From the human T2T-CHM13v2.0 reference genome, Homo sapiens: 64,000 nucleotides of DNA. How positions within the stretch are numbered: the first letter of the stretch is position 1; every line of letters begins with the position of its first letter. The notes below the pieces were generated by a model. The model saw only the letters and a program-made list of their open reading frames with translations. It did no database searches and was not told the origin of the DNA. The stretch lies in NCBI RefSeq assembly GCF_009914755.1, contig NC_060927.1. The stretch is one strand, 5' to 3'. Positions 27,998 to 42,954 of the stretch are shown piece after piece. Position numbers and translations under genes: made by a program.

Positions 27998-30720
27998 TTG
28001 TCCACCTGGTTGGTCAATGCTTCACTTGTAGTGGATACTCTCTGGTGGACACACACATGTGCCACAAAGACACACACACTTTGTGCTCACTCCTTTAGGT
28101 CCCTCCACATGCCTCTTCCTCAGGTCTCTTTATTATTGAACTTCACATATTCTATCTTAGAGACCTTTCACCCAATCAACCATACCATTCACTGTTGCTC
28201 AAGGCCCTACATTTACACTGACCTCAGACTATTTTCTCCATTCAAAGGAGATGAATGCATGTACTGAAGCTCTGCCAACCAGGATTCTGTTCACCTCTGT
28301 CCTTTAAGGATCCTCCCTGAGTGGAACCGCAGTGTAGTAGCAATCCATTTTCAGTTCTACCAACATACCAAGCTTAACCAGCTTTGAGCATTTTCCAACA
28401 TTATCAGCTGGTCATAGAGAATAACCCAGAGGACATAGGTGTGAGCTGAGGAACACAAAAGGCAAGGAGCTCTGAGCCATCTGTTCATGTATCTTGTGAC
28501 TTTTGGACTTGCTTACATGTGCTCGCATGTATACCATTTCTGTTGTTCAGTGGATTGTTACTGTGAGCACCCAACCTTACAAGAGCCAATTCCTGAAGGG
28601 CAGTTCTGGTCATATAGTCATTTGATATTCCATAGTCAAGTGCCTGTTTCTGCTAGGACTCTACATTTTGCCCACAGCTGCTTTTCAAATGGTTTGGCTG
28701 TAGAAGGCAAAGCTGTACTAGAAAATCCTTGGAGCAGGCACCGTGATTCTCTCTTTAGGATCTGCCAGAGATTCCATCCAGCATCATTATCTATCACTCA
28801 GCACCTTTGGATCTGCCATGTCATTATGGCCTGAGTGGCAGGGCAGCTTGTGTCGTAGCCAAGACTTGCTGCTGAGCCCTCCCTTCTCTTGACCCTATTC
28901 AAAAATGGCAGCCTTTTGAGTCACCTGATAAATGAGTTAGAACACTATTTCCAAATGTGGCATAGGCTATCTGCACAAAATACTGTTTCTCTTAGTGGAA
29001 GATGAGAGATACAAAAAATTTTCCTTTACATTGAAGGGGATTCCCAGGCATGCTTCAGATCACCAAACTCCTAAAAATATAACCAACATTGCAGTTCCCT
29101 GAACATTTGTAATTTCTCTCTCACCCTTTGGCATGCATGTATTTTACTAGGGCATCCAGAATACTTGCCATTACCTGCTCTCTAGATCCAATTAACACTA
29201 TGTCATCAATACAATGGATCAATGTTTTGTTTTGAGAAAAAAACAGAGTCTTTTTGAACTATATGATGATGGAGAACAGGAGAGTTAACCAGCCCTGAGA
29301 ATGTTCCCAGCAAAATATCCACAGCCTTCAGTTAATCTGAACTCAATCTGCCCAAGTGAATGCAAATTGCTTTTGATCTTCCTTCCTCACAGAGATTGAA
29401 CTGAACATACCTGCCAGATCAAAATCACATATGAAGTGCTAGCGGCTATGTTAATTGATTCAACCAAAAATACATTATCTGTTACAGCTTCTCTGATTAG
29501 GGATACCATTTGATTCAGTTTACAGTAGTCTACTATTATTTGCCATGGTCCACCTGGCTTCGAAGGGATCATACTGGTTAACTGAACTCCTTAGTCACCA
29601 TTAGTCTTTCAAGTTGGCATTAATCTCTGCAATTCCACTGGACTGAGGTATGGCCTATGATTTATTATCTTTGCCAAGGAGTAAGGGAGAGGGATAAAGT
29701 TTCAGGGACTTCCACTAGGCCCTTCCTACCATAACGATTCATATTTCATTGGTCAAAGGACCAGTGTAATGGTTCTATTAGCTGCTATCATAATTATGGA
29801 CACAGCAACTGGGGAATGACCATAAGTTTATGGACCCATGACAGCCAGTGTGAAACAGATTAGAAAAAGTATCCTATCACCCAGCCACTGCATGCCCCAT
29901 TCTAACAGGGGTTTATGGTGCACCTTAGACTCCCTGATATCGATGTAGTTCACCCTGTATCTGACAGCCCTTGAAAGAACTAGGAATTCCTAATTTCTCC
30001 AGTATGGTTCCTCTGAAAAAATGGCCACAGGTTCCTGTGGAAAAAGTATGGGTAAATACTATATATATTTGTGGTGTTGCAGGGGGTCTTCCTCAGGGGG
30101 ATCCAGATTCTCTTTAATTGATGAGCTCTGGGTTTCCAAACTGGCTCACATCTGGAAACCGGTCCAGAGATCATACTATTCCATTTTGGCAGTTGACATG
30201 TACCTTCTGTTCACCAGCTCAAGTTCATTGTTATTGCTGTTATATAATTCAATCAACACTTTCATTAGCTTTCTATCTATCTTGCCCCTAGGAATATCAT
30301 AGTCTATGGAACACCACAGATACCCTGAATATCAAGGACCTGTGACTGTAATTACATCCATTTTCCTTCTGATGATTCTGCACTGCCAAATGCCTTTGCT
30401 ATTCTAGGATTCTATGGTACCTATTGATACTAGAGCATCTCCTGCTGTCATTCCTAGCCTGCACAGGACAGTCGCCATTAAGACTCTCAGCCAAGTTGGT
30501 ACTCAATCACTACTGCAATCTTATTGCGTTAGTGAAAAGATTGTCCTCTGGCCCTCCCAGGGAACACAGTGAGCTGACAGGTTCTTTGGTCTTAAAAAAA
30601 CAAATACATTCTAAAAAAAAGTCCAGGGCTCTGAGCCTTCTGACTCTTTCCTTAATAATCTGCCAAGGCAGTTCTGACGTCTCCATCTCATTTACCATAG
30701 ATCACCATTGTGTCTAAGCT
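27998..30720 (-). mobile_element. Degenerate ERVL/MaLR internal region with gag and RT remnants
   Basis: ORF 29387-29572 (GPWQIIVDYCKLNQMV) resembles ERV-L RT; ORF 30510-30698 (ELPWQIIKERVRRLR...GPEDNLFTNAIR) resembles ERV-L gag. Confidence 0.7.
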
Positions 30721-32369
30721 TCAAGTTACCTCACAAAATTGTTGGTTCTTGCTGACATAGAGAAAACCTATAGCTTTTCTCATGAATAAGTAATTTTCTC
30801 CTCTAGTAGGTACTATACTTTCCACTCTGTCTATGCCAAGATTTAACCCTAGTTCTTGGTGAAGAGGAAGTTTAGAGAGGTGAAAGCAGATCCTAAGACA
30901 ATGAGACAACAAAAACAACATGTTTGTGAGGTGCTCAGAGAAGGAAGCTATCAGCATGATGGAAATGGTCAATCACAGCTGCAGAGCAGCTCAGACACGG
31001 GTCAAAGGAAAATGGAGCAGGTTATCAACAGTATTGCTTCAAAGTCATAATGAAAGAAGAGGACGGTATGAAAAAAACCAGGAGGATTTTAATAGAATCC
31101 AAATCTTTACATATACATACAAATCTTTCCAGGAAATTCCACCAAGCAACCAGAATTGAGAACCATTGTCCTAAATTATTGGGTTTCAAAGTTCACTGAG
31201 AAAATAAAAGTCACAAGATAGGAATGGCTTCATCGTCCTGCCATCTCAGGAATCTTCTTAAAATGAAGTGACCCTGCTCCTATCAGATGGCATCTCCTCC
31301 ATGTGGCTCTGAATCTCCCTCTGCTTCCCCTTTGCAAGAACTTGACTCTTGCAATTATCCCCTTTTCCTTGACTCTCAGCAGTGCACCCTTGTCTTGGGA
31401 CTACTCTTCTTTCTTGATTCGAAGGGATCATATTTGTGTCGCTCTCCTCCTCCCTCTGGCTATTTTCTCCTGGGCTCTTTGGCCTCTCCTCCTACACCTG
31501 ACATCTAAACAGTGGAGGCCCGGGAACTCTTTTCTGCTCTCTACACTGTCTCCCTAAGTAATCTCATCTAGTTCCACTTCTCTTCATTTCCATTTCTACT
31601 ATCAAATTCCAAGACACTGCTATCTAGCTTTGATGACTACAAGAGCCTCCAACCTAGTCTTTCTGTTTGTACTATTACTAGACATCATCCAGCTTAAAAA
31701 ACATAAGCAGATCTCACAGCCTAAAAATTCCCCAATGGTTTCCTGCTTGAAATCCTTATGATTGCTGAGAAGCTCTTTCAGGTATGGCCCCCATCTACTT
31801 CTCCATCATCATCTCTTGCCACGGTCCTCCACTAACCCTCCCACCTAGGTCACAATTGCTATGTAGTTCCTTTATAGCACTTCTATCTTTTAGCTGAATT
31901 TATCATTTTTATCTGAATTTATTTATTCATTTAGTTGTCTTTTGTCTATTTTGTCCTTATTGTTTATGGTCTGTTTTGTCCTTGTCTAAGGCCTACCTCA
32001 TCATTTTACCCCCTAAACTGTTCCCTCCTCGTTTTACTAGTCCCGTCTAAGATTTTTTTTTTTTTTTAGTTTTTAAGATTTGAACCTTTAGATTTTTTTG
32101 ACTTCTGTTTTCCTCACCATCCTATTTCCAAAATATTAGCACAAATTGATGGTAATGCTCCTCATTTTGGTTCTTCCTTTTTTTCTATACTATTGTTACC
32201 CTAGTGCAGTGACTGTGGGTTATTTTGGGGACACAGACCACATTGGGAGTGTATGAAGGTCATGGGGCAGATGGGAAATCACTTACTAGTAACTCAGCAA
32301 GTTACTTAATTTTCTGTGCCTTAGTTTCACCATCTATAAAATGGAAAGAAAAACAGTATAAACCTGGAG

Positions 32370-33415
32370 CAGATGCTTTTTATGCCCCTTAGCTCATTTT
32401 GAAATTGGCTCAGCCATGGAGGAAAGTTCTGGGCACACTGTCATTATCCCACCTCAAGTGAGCTGAGGTATACTGCTCTACTCTTCTGCCTCAGGGCTTT
32501 CTCCAACAGCAGCACAGCCTGGGAATATCTGCCAATTCATAACCCTGGCAACAACCCTCACTCAATGGTAGATGACAGTCAGTGGATAAGTGTCCTAGCC
32601 TTCTGTCCTTTTGAAGATGCTATGTTGTCTGGGGTGTATACCCTGGGGTTCATCGTTGTGCACCAGAAAAATTTAGGACCTGGGCACACACGAGGAGTTT
32701 AGGAGCGTACATTTAACAGGCAGAAGAGAAGAAAAAGAGGTCTATTCTTTATATAGAGAAAGGGGTCTCCAAGCAGAAAAGACTGGCTGGTGGCGGAAAG
32801 TGCCGAATTTTCTAGTCCAGTTTGAGGAGGCGGTGTCTGATTTACATAGGGCTCACAGATTGGTTCGACCAGGTATGATGTTTTCATAGCACACGGGGAA
32901 GGCTGGTCACTCCACCCTAATCTTATTATGCAAATGGACTTTCCAGTTGATCAGTGCCATCTTGCCTGCTCCTTGCAGTACACGTGGCTGGCAGAGAAGG
33001 GAAAACGGAGGCGCCATTTGAACATGTCTAGTCCTTAGTTCCTGCCAGCATTCATTCGTGTAAGCTCCCAGCTTGCAGGCTGCTCTTTGTTAGAAAATTA
33101 TTTGGGGCTGCTTTTCATTAAAAAGAAAAGCCTTACTGAGGACTCCCATACCCTTACTATCTGTCTAAGTAATTTCTTCTTAACTCCTGTATCACTTTGT
33201 GAGGCTAATTCTGGGGTATATCCTATTTTTTTCAGAGGGTCTTCAAGAGGATAAAGAGCCAGTCATTGTCTACATCAAAACCAGTTTAATATCAATCCTC
33301 CTTCTTTGTCTCATTCTCTCTGCCTTTATTCCTGCATCCTGGTATCACCTCCCAAATAAACTATTTGCACCCAAGCCTTTGTCACAGGCTCTGCTTTGAG
33401 GGGAACCCTAAGTAG
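32370..33415 (+). mobile_element. LTR16-like ERVL LTR split by the ERV1 LTR
   Basis: 3' part atcacctcccaaataaactatttgcacccaagcc...ctgctttgaggggaaccc. Confidence 0.6.
32623..33194 (-). mobile_element. ERV1-class (MER4 group) solo LTR
   Basis: Minus strand begins TGATACAGGAGTTAAGAAGAAATTACTTAGACAGATAG. Contains ATGCAAAT. Subfamily uncertain. Confidence 0.75.
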
Positions 33416-34990
33416 GCAGTTGATTTTATCAGTTGGGGTCCTACCATGCAAAAGATGACCCATTTAAGCTGGAAAACTGAAAATAATTTAGTAAGGGGAG
33501 TATTTCTGAACATGAGGTCAGGTTAGGGAAATGAAACGTGGTGTAGAACCCCAGGACTAGTAATGGTGGGGAGCAGTTACCACTCCTAAGTCTGAAGAGA
33601 CAAAGGCAAGTTACTAGACTCAGAAGAAAGAATTGAGGAGAGCTGCTGAACTAGAGCTGTGGCCTTCAGTAAAGGGACCAGCGTCAGGACTCAAGTGAGA
33701 CAAGCATTCTCAGGTCGGTGTCAGTGTCAGCCTGAGAGTGACTGCCTCCTTAAATCTGGTATCCTAGGTCTCTGCTTGCCTCACCCTAGTCCCAGCACAG
33801 TATCTCATGGAGTTATGATTAAATGAATTAAGATATAAGAGGCATAGAGAGGTACATACAACATGCTATTGTTGATATTGTTACTACCATTATTGTCTAC
33901 ATGATGCAAAAGTTTGAATGCATTATGATGGTTCCTGAAGTACACTTATAGGCTGGGCTTATTGACTAAGAACCTCTGCACTGATTAAGACCTTTTCATT
34001 GTGTGGTGAGCATTCACGAAACAGCCTTCAAACTTTATCGCTCTCTTACTAATTCAGTTTTTGCCAACCTTTCACATCATGGCATCCATAGAAAATGGTA
34101 ATATCTGTACAACACTAGAGTGAAAAGATGATGATACCCTCAACCTGAGGCAACTGCCCCAAGGTCACTGCTTCCTCCAAAGACTGCAGGGGTCAGTCTT
34201 CAGCCCACCCATGCCAGGTGGGAAGCTCTGCTCAAATCCATTATTCATCCTGCACAGTAATACCAATTTAGCTTTCCTAAAACAATACTTCCATCATGTC
34301 CTTTGCCTCTAATAACAACGACAAAAATCCAGAATTCTTGGTCTGATACTCAAGATTAAGGCATGGAGTTGGAAGAGACCACAGGAATCATGAAATTGCT
34401 CCCCTTTATTTTACAGACTCACAAAGAAATGCCCAGCAAAGTTTAATAACTTATTCAAAGCAACATTGCAATCTTTCTGCCAAGGAACTATCATTTACCC
34501 TATCCATTTTTGCCGACAGACATCCATTGTCAAGTGCTACCTCCCAGTTCGCCCCATTGGGAAATGAATGCTTCCTCCTTTAAACTCTAATAATACTCAT
34601 TCAGATACTGAACAGTAAGAGGGAGCAGAAAAAGACCTAATAGTTATTTCAGCCTGAGCTTCCCTGTGTTAGATGATATGATCAGATACTGGAGAGTACG
34701 GTTTTACAATACACTGATTTATAAACCAGGATGCCTATTCACTAATAACCAATTCACTAATAACAGAACAAACAGAACAGAAATGGATGCTACAACTTAG
34801 GTTGGCTATTCAATATAATCTGGGGTCAGTAAACTTTTTTCTGTAAAGTTAGAGCAAATATATGAGGGAATAGTAATAAATAGTAAATATATGAGGGCTA
34901 CAGTCTCTGCTGCATATTTTTCTTTACGTTTTTGTTGTTGTCGTTGTTGTTTTGTTCTGTTTCTTACAATGCTTTAAAAATGTAAAAAAT

Positions 34991-35190
34991 GGCTGGACAC
35001 AGTGGCTTAGGCCTCTAATACCAACACTTTGGCAGGCTGGAGTGGGAGGACTGCTTGAAGCCAGGTGTTAAAGACCAGCCTGGGCAGCAAAATGAGACGC
35101 CATATCTACAAAAAACAAAAACAACAACAAAATAACCAAGAATGGTGGCATGTGCCTGTAGTCCCAGCTACTCGGGAGGCTGAGGCGAGG
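34991..35190 (+). mobile_element. Partial old Alu
   Basis: Left monomer plus the start of the right monomer. Confidence 0.85.
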
Positions 35191-35284
35191 TGGAATATAA
35201 TGTAAGACCATTCATAGTTCATGGTACAAAACAGGTATCAATTCCCATTAATGCATAGACACTCCATAATTTAGTATTGCCAGA

Positions 35285-35597
<313 letters not shown>

Positions 35598-36989
35598 ATA
35601 CTTCTTAATTTTGTGATTTATTGCCTGAAAAACGGTCTCGCTGTGGTGTTTTTTTGTATTTCCCAGATTAATAATCAGACTGAATTCTTTTCATGTTTAT
35701 TAGCCATAGCAACTCCTCTTCCACACTGGCATTTCTTATCTTTTTCAAAAATCTATTAATCACGAAAATCTCGTCATCTACATTTCTTCACAAAAGCCAT
35801 ATTACTTTTGATCTTTATAGATTATTTTACATTTGCCATATTTATACATAATATCTTCCCTTTTGGGGCATTTAGAGTGTGCGGACAAAGTCTAGGCAGT
35901 AATGCATTTATAAAACATCTATGAGTTGGGTGCACACGGGGTAATTTTCCACATATGGCTAATCCTAGCCTCATCAGATTAAGTTTCCCTGTCTTGTCAT
36001 TTCCGAGGATGTATCCTATTAGAAGTCTAGCCCTTTATTCCTACAAATTGAATTTCCACTACTGTAGGCTAACATCTGAATGGACTCATCTTACTATTCC
36101 ATGCATAGTACCAGGCACGTTGCGTGCTTTTACTACATTTTGTATAATTTTTACGTCTGTGTTTGATGTCCTGAAAAATACCGTCCACAATTACTTCACA
36201 GCTAGCCCCAGCACTTGGCGCCCAGCGGGTTTTCCTAGTCCCTCCCTGCCAAATCACGTTGGGACTGAGACAAGAGGCACTGCGGGTCTCTTACCTATAG
36301 TTACGAAGCAATGGACTCCCTTATTACTTCGTTTCCCAAATAGGGGGTGGGACACACAACCGAGGGAGTATGAGGAAAACAACTTGCGGGTCTTCGAGCC
36401 ACTTGCGTCTTTCTGTGGGCCAATTACATTTTCTTTACTCATATTGCATAAATAGCAGAACTACATTTACCACAAAGGCCCGACATTCATGGTCATGGAT
36501 CCTTGCGCATGTTTTCTAAGAGCAAACTGTACAAACACATAAACTCTGAAACACTGACGCACAAGCGAAAACACACGCACATGTTTGGGTCTTCTCCCGC
36601 TGCGCAAGTTCTTTGAAACTGAGCGGAGAAAAATCGTCTTCACATGGTGTCTCACACTTTCGACACAATCTTATCGGGAAACGTAACACGTAAACAAAAT
36701 TTTTTAAAATGCATTATCAAAAACGATGACAATCCCTTTCGTCTTATGTTCCTTTTTGTCTTTAAGCTTTGGGGGGATTTATGTTGCGTTTCCAAACTGC
36801 TTCTGCCTGTCGGCGCCTGTGTGGAAACTGCGACGAGTCTGGGAGCGGCTGCCGGAGAGGCGGGGCAGAGGTGTGACGTCATCGCCGCGGGGCGGAGGCG
36901 ACAGTGTCTAGCGGGAGCTCCGCGTGTAGCTACGCCGGCCGCCTGGCTTTGAGACAACGTGATTCTCCGCAGCTGGTCGCCTACCCGTG

Positions 36990-37019
36990 ATGTTCTGCCC
37001 ACGTCGAGACCTGAGCTGA
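36990..37019 (+). other. uORF in the CMSS1 5' UTR (MFCPRRDLS*)
   Basis: ATG TTC TGC CCA CGT CGA GAC CTG AGC TGA, then A, then the main ATG at 37021. Confidence 0.6.
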
Positions 37020-37020
37020 A

Positions 37021-37084
37021 ATGGCAGACGATCTCGGAGACGAGTGGTGGGAGAACCAGCCGACTGGAGCAGGCAGCAGCCCAG
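37021..37084 (+). CDS. CMSS1: CMSS1 (Cms1 ribosomal small subunit homolog, C3orf26), first coding exon
   Basis: ATG in strong context (G at -3 and +4). [21 protein letters not shown] matches the CMSS1 N-terminus as I recall it. Donor CCAG|gtaccc after 37084, phase 1. No further + strand exon recognised in the window. Confidence 0.92.
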
Positions 37085-38753
37085 GTACCCACTCTGTGCC
37101 CGCGCTCCTACGGGGCCTCTCCCGGAGCCCTTCTGTGCGCCTCAGCCCTGGTCGCTTCTGGCGATCGCGGTGTTTGCCCAGCAGGGGTGTGCACCGCCTT
37201 GGGAGCGCGCAAGCATCTCGGGGAAAATGGTGCAAGAGATTCTTTAACACGTGAAACAGACAGCTGTGACATTAACTCAGATCTGTCTGCCAGCCAGGAA
37301 GGATCCTTTCCACAAGCTTTCTCTTTTCCTTATTTCTTGAGAATGGATAAGACAGTTTTTGTGAAGAGAGGCAACTTTGTATGATGGTTAAGGGTGACCC
37401 ATGAACTGCTTTCAATTCAGACTGAGGTCAGAAGCAGGGGTTGCTGCTTCAGACTCCCTCCATTCAAATCACGACTCCAGTATTCTGATACTGTTTAGCC
37501 TTCTTTTCCTCATCTGTAAAATAATGATAACAATAATGTCCATTTCGTAAAGTTGTGAAGATTAAGTGAAGTTAGTACAGTAATGCACTTTAGCATAGTG
37601 CTTGACATATAATGTGTGGTAAATATAAGTTACTGTATTTCTTGTGGTCATCATCATTATCATGGAATTTGGAATAGTAGAACTGGAAGGAGGCTTAAAT
37701 AGAGATCATCCTTTGAACTCACTTATTTTACAGATGAGAAACATAACCTAAAGATGTCAAGTAACTTGACAAGTTCACAAAGCTAGCTCCTTTCAGAAAC
37801 AATACTAGAATTCAGTTAACACAATTTGAATAGTTTCTACTATGCTCTGCTGTGTTTACCAACTCCTGATGCAGTGGGCATTTCATCCCCAAGTAGAGTA
37901 GCGTTAAGTGACCCCCCATGTCAGGCTAGCCTTGAACTTTTTAAGTTCCATCACACCTACCATGCAATTATTGGTTGGTTGGTTTTTATCACTCCTCAAG
38001 GTCTGCCTCTTTTCTCTACAAGAGAAGACAGGGCCAAAGTCAGATTCATACTTCTGTCATCCACAGGGCCCTGCACATGTTAGACACTTGATACCTATTT
38101 GCTGCAAACAATCTTGAAATACTAGTTGTGAAATATCCATTAAAAATAACCAACTTCATTTGTTGCATTGTTTCCGGAAGGTCAAGCCTTCAGGTACAAA
38201 CTAAGCAGATGTCATTTTTAGAAAGGTAGCCAATACAACATTTCCTTGATTAAACTTCCTGACTCTTTTGCAGCCCTGTGGTGTTCCACATTTACTTTAA
38301 TAACTACCCCTCCCAACTCAGGTGTTAAAAAGCTCTATTTTATGATATGATTGAAGATGAACAGAGGCCATTTAAGAAATAGTTGAATTCTGTTTGAGTG
38401 GTGAAGGGGATCCCAATTCTTGGTTCTAGTCCTCACTAGCTGTGTGACTTTCAAGTTATTCATCCGTTGGAAGAAAGGCAGTCAACATGTATTGAGTATC
38501 TATTATGTGACAAATGTCTTCATAAATATGAATTGATTTAACCTTCATAACATCCCGAAAAGGTAAGTATTCTCTTCATTTGTATAGGTGAAGAAACAGA
38601 AAAAAGTTAAGTCGTGTTCTTAGGAACACACATTGAAGAAGAGGTCTGGGAAGAGTTTAGTCAAGTGTGATTGATTTTGAAAGTCACGCTTTTCCCGCTA
38701 CTACTTTGTGACTTCTCTGGGCCTTTGTATCATAATCTGTAAAGAGCCCTTAA

Positions 38754-39093
<340 letters not shown>

Positions 39094-39174
39094 CCCAACA
39101 GTTTTAAACACTGAATCTAGTAAAACTTTAAATCGCTACAGCCTCCTTCATCTAAGTTGCCAGAATTCTCATGA

Positions 39175-39537
<363 letters not shown>

Positions 39538-40825
39538 AAGACTAAGCTTTGAAAATTGCTGGCATTAAATTTATCAGAGGCCTTTGCTTTGTTCGCTGCT
39601 CTTAAGCAAAGTAAGTATATGCCTTTATTTGAAATATCCTTGATTATTCACTGGCAATTTGCCTAATTGTAATCTGTACAGCGTTTCTAATTCAAAAGAA
39701 ATCACAGCTGAACCACAGATTTCCTGATTCTTCTTTTGTTGATGGGATCTAGCCTTGATCCTAGAGCACAAGGCTTACTTACCTGGCTGCCTTCTTGAAG
39801 TCTTTACTTAAGTTATTTGATAGGGATGTCAAATGTATTCAATTGTTGTTTCAGCCTAAAATATGTGAATTATGTTTTGTTTTGAAAGTTGAAGGAGAAA
39901 TAATATGTTAAATCAGAGAAAGGAAAGATAGTTGTATTGGTGCTTTTATTCCTGTTGTGGATTATGCTACCTGCCTATAAAAATAAACATTTTTGCTATA
40001 ATCTGTTCCCACTTGACATCCATGGTAGCAAGGCAGTGGAAGATTTCAGTCACTTACAAATACTTGTTGGTTGTACATGGTTTATATAATCTATCTAATG
40101 TGCCTATCTGTTTGTTGTCTGTCTAAGGAACTGTACTATTTTTTGGCTGTTATCATGTCTTCTTAGATGTGGTATGTAACAAAGTTTTCATGGCTCTTTA
40201 AAACCTGTCATTTTTGTGCTAGAGTTCTACATTGCACTGGAGCTCAACATGGGACCTGGCACTTAATTGGTGTTTGGTGGATGTTGGCAGAATAAATATA
40301 TGTGTGTATGCGTGTTACCTGCTACAGAGTATGTAGGCAGACATATAATTTCTCATCCAATCTAGACACTTTTGTGAGTGGAAGGCTATGCAATTAGAAT
40401 TTTGCAGGGACTCTCCTGGTCCTTAAGGGATGTCTAGTCACTCCATTGGTGGCAATTGGAGTCATGGCCCAACATAAGACAGCTGGGAGTTACAGTGCTG
40501 AGTGTGCAGCCCAGGATGCCTTAGGCATAAGACCCCAGGAATCATCTAATGGCATCTAATATTTGATTTATTTCCTTATTCCCTGTAAACCTTCAGCAAC
40601 TGTTTGAAGTGACTTATAGTAAGTAATACATTCAGTAGAATAATGATGTGAAAATATTAATGCTGAAATGAGCAAACACAATGCCTGAGATTTTAATGTA
40701 GTTGACCGGTCTGGGTACTTTCTCAGTGTGAAGCTGAAAACTGAGAGAATGTCAATCACAGCATGGATTTCGTGACTTAAGGAAGAGAGCCAAGGGATTC
40801 TGCAGTTGAAAATGTCACTTGAGGG

Positions 40826-41106
40826 CCTGTAATCCCAGCACTTTGGGAGGCCAAGGTGGGCAGATCACCTGAGTCCAGGAGTTTGAGACCAGCCTGGCCA
40901 ACATGGAGAAAACCTGTCTCTACTAAAAAGACAAAAATTAGCCAGGTGTGGTAGCAGGCACTTGTAGTCCCAGCTACTCAGGAGGCTGAGGCAGGAGTAT
41001 TGCTTGAACCCAGGAGGTGGAGCTTGCGACGAGCCAAGATCGCACCACTGCACTCCAGCCTGTGCTACAGACTGAGACTCTGTCTCAAAAAAAAGAAAAA
41101 AGAAAA
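40826..41106 (+). mobile_element. Alu (5' slightly truncated)
   Basis: Sense dimer with A-rich tail. Confidence 0.93.
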
Positions 41107-41488
41107 TGTTACTTGATCATTTACTCACTGAAGATGAAGAGAATACTAATTGCTTTCCCTTTTTATTTCAATGACATACCTATTAAATTACCAAGTCGAG
41201 TACCCAGTAGGCAGCTAAGTATGTGAGTCTGGAGCCCCAGGGCCAGATCCAGGCTGAGATACAGATTTAGGAATAACTGGCATACAGATAGGTTATTTTT
41301 AAAGAGCATGTTCTTAGCAGTCTGTAACATTGAGCCTCCATGTCTTTTAAGGAGGGTCTTTCATATGCCTCCCCAACTCATTCTGAATCTTTGATGACAT
41401 CTCTTCCCAAGCACCTAACTAGAAAACTGAAGTGTTAAGACACTGCTATGTACAGTGCCAGGAGACTGCAGGTAATAATACCAGCTTG

Positions 41489-41835
<347 letters not shown>

Positions 41836-42954
41836 CTACCTGCCAGATGCTGTTTTGATTGCTTTACATGTTCTAGTTAATTTAATCTTCCCAAGTACAC
41901 CAGCGGTAGTTACTGTTGTTATCTTTATTTTACTGATGAGGAATTTGAGACACTGAGAAATTAAGTGATTTACTTAATACTATTTAATTTAATTCACCCA
42001 ATACTATCTATTTAATTGGTAAATAGGGGAGCTGTGATTCATATGCAGGCAGTCTGAAACCAGAGCCTGTGTGCTTATATTTCGCATTCTCATTATCAGT
42101 GGTAAGAATCTCATCTCTAAAGGAATAATCTGTTATCGGCTTAAAGAGACTCATAATTTAGAAAGTCTTTTGTTTATATATCATTATGAAATTGTGTCTA
42201 TTAGTTTTCCAAAGTTTACTCTTTTAAAGAACACTGGTTACTTGGAGCTACAAATAAGCAGCTTTTCCATTTGGGCTTTGAGAACCATTTCTGCCAGTAA
42301 CTCAAACCTGATCCTGGAGCTCAAAGCTTAACATATGTGGCTGCCTTCTTTAAATCTTTACTTAGTTATTTAATAGGGATGTCAAATGTAAACAAGACCC
42401 AGCTACTGAATTATTCTCCAAACCTGCTTTTTCTCCAAACTTTCCTGTCTCCATAAATTAAACCACCAACTACCCAATTTCACAAAGGCCTAGCAGTATT
42501 CTGATTTATTTATTTTTTTCACCCCTATATCTCATCCATCAAGTCCTGTTGTCACTACCTCGAAAACATATCCTGATTCTTTCTTTGCATTTTTCTTCGC
42601 TCTGCCTCCATTGGAGTATACATTTTCATCCTTACTGCCATAAGCTTCTAACAGGGCTCAGAGTTTCCACCTTGTCCCTCACTCACCAGCTAGAGGCCTT
42701 TTGAAAAGAAGTCAGGCCACTTTCCTGCTTAAATCTTCCAATAGCTTTTTCCCTGGCACATAGAATGAAATTCAGATTACTTACCATGGCTGGTGGCCAC
42801 CAGGTCTTCTACTATTTACTCCCCTATAGTTTATGCTGCCCCACCCACACCAGCCTTCATTCTGTTCCTCAGTAGGCCACACTCATTCTGTCTTACTTAG
42901 CCGTTTGTGTTAGCTGTTCTTTTCCTTTCTGTCCTGTCCTTCTGATTGGCTGGC

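Larger units (their letters stand above)
36450..37250. promoter_or_regulatory. CpG-island promoter of CMSS1
   Basis: The most CpG-dense unique stretch in the window. Palindromic CRE TGACGTCA 36874-36881, GC boxes at about 36857-36866 and 36890-36895, ZNF143-like motif 36459-36480. No TATA box noticed. Confidence 0.88.

Noticed and set aside
34733-34900. Short duplications (attcactaataac x2, aaatatatgaggg x2); similar case at 6244-6288
   Set aside because: Ordinary slippage-type micro-duplications with no sign of function.
37085-37254. Continuation of the 77-aa CMSS1 ORF
   Set aside because: Readthrough past the splice donor into the intron.
35955-37384. Several 100-166 aa ORFs around the CMSS1 promoter
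   Set aside because: Expected in GC-rich sequence; no recognisable domains.
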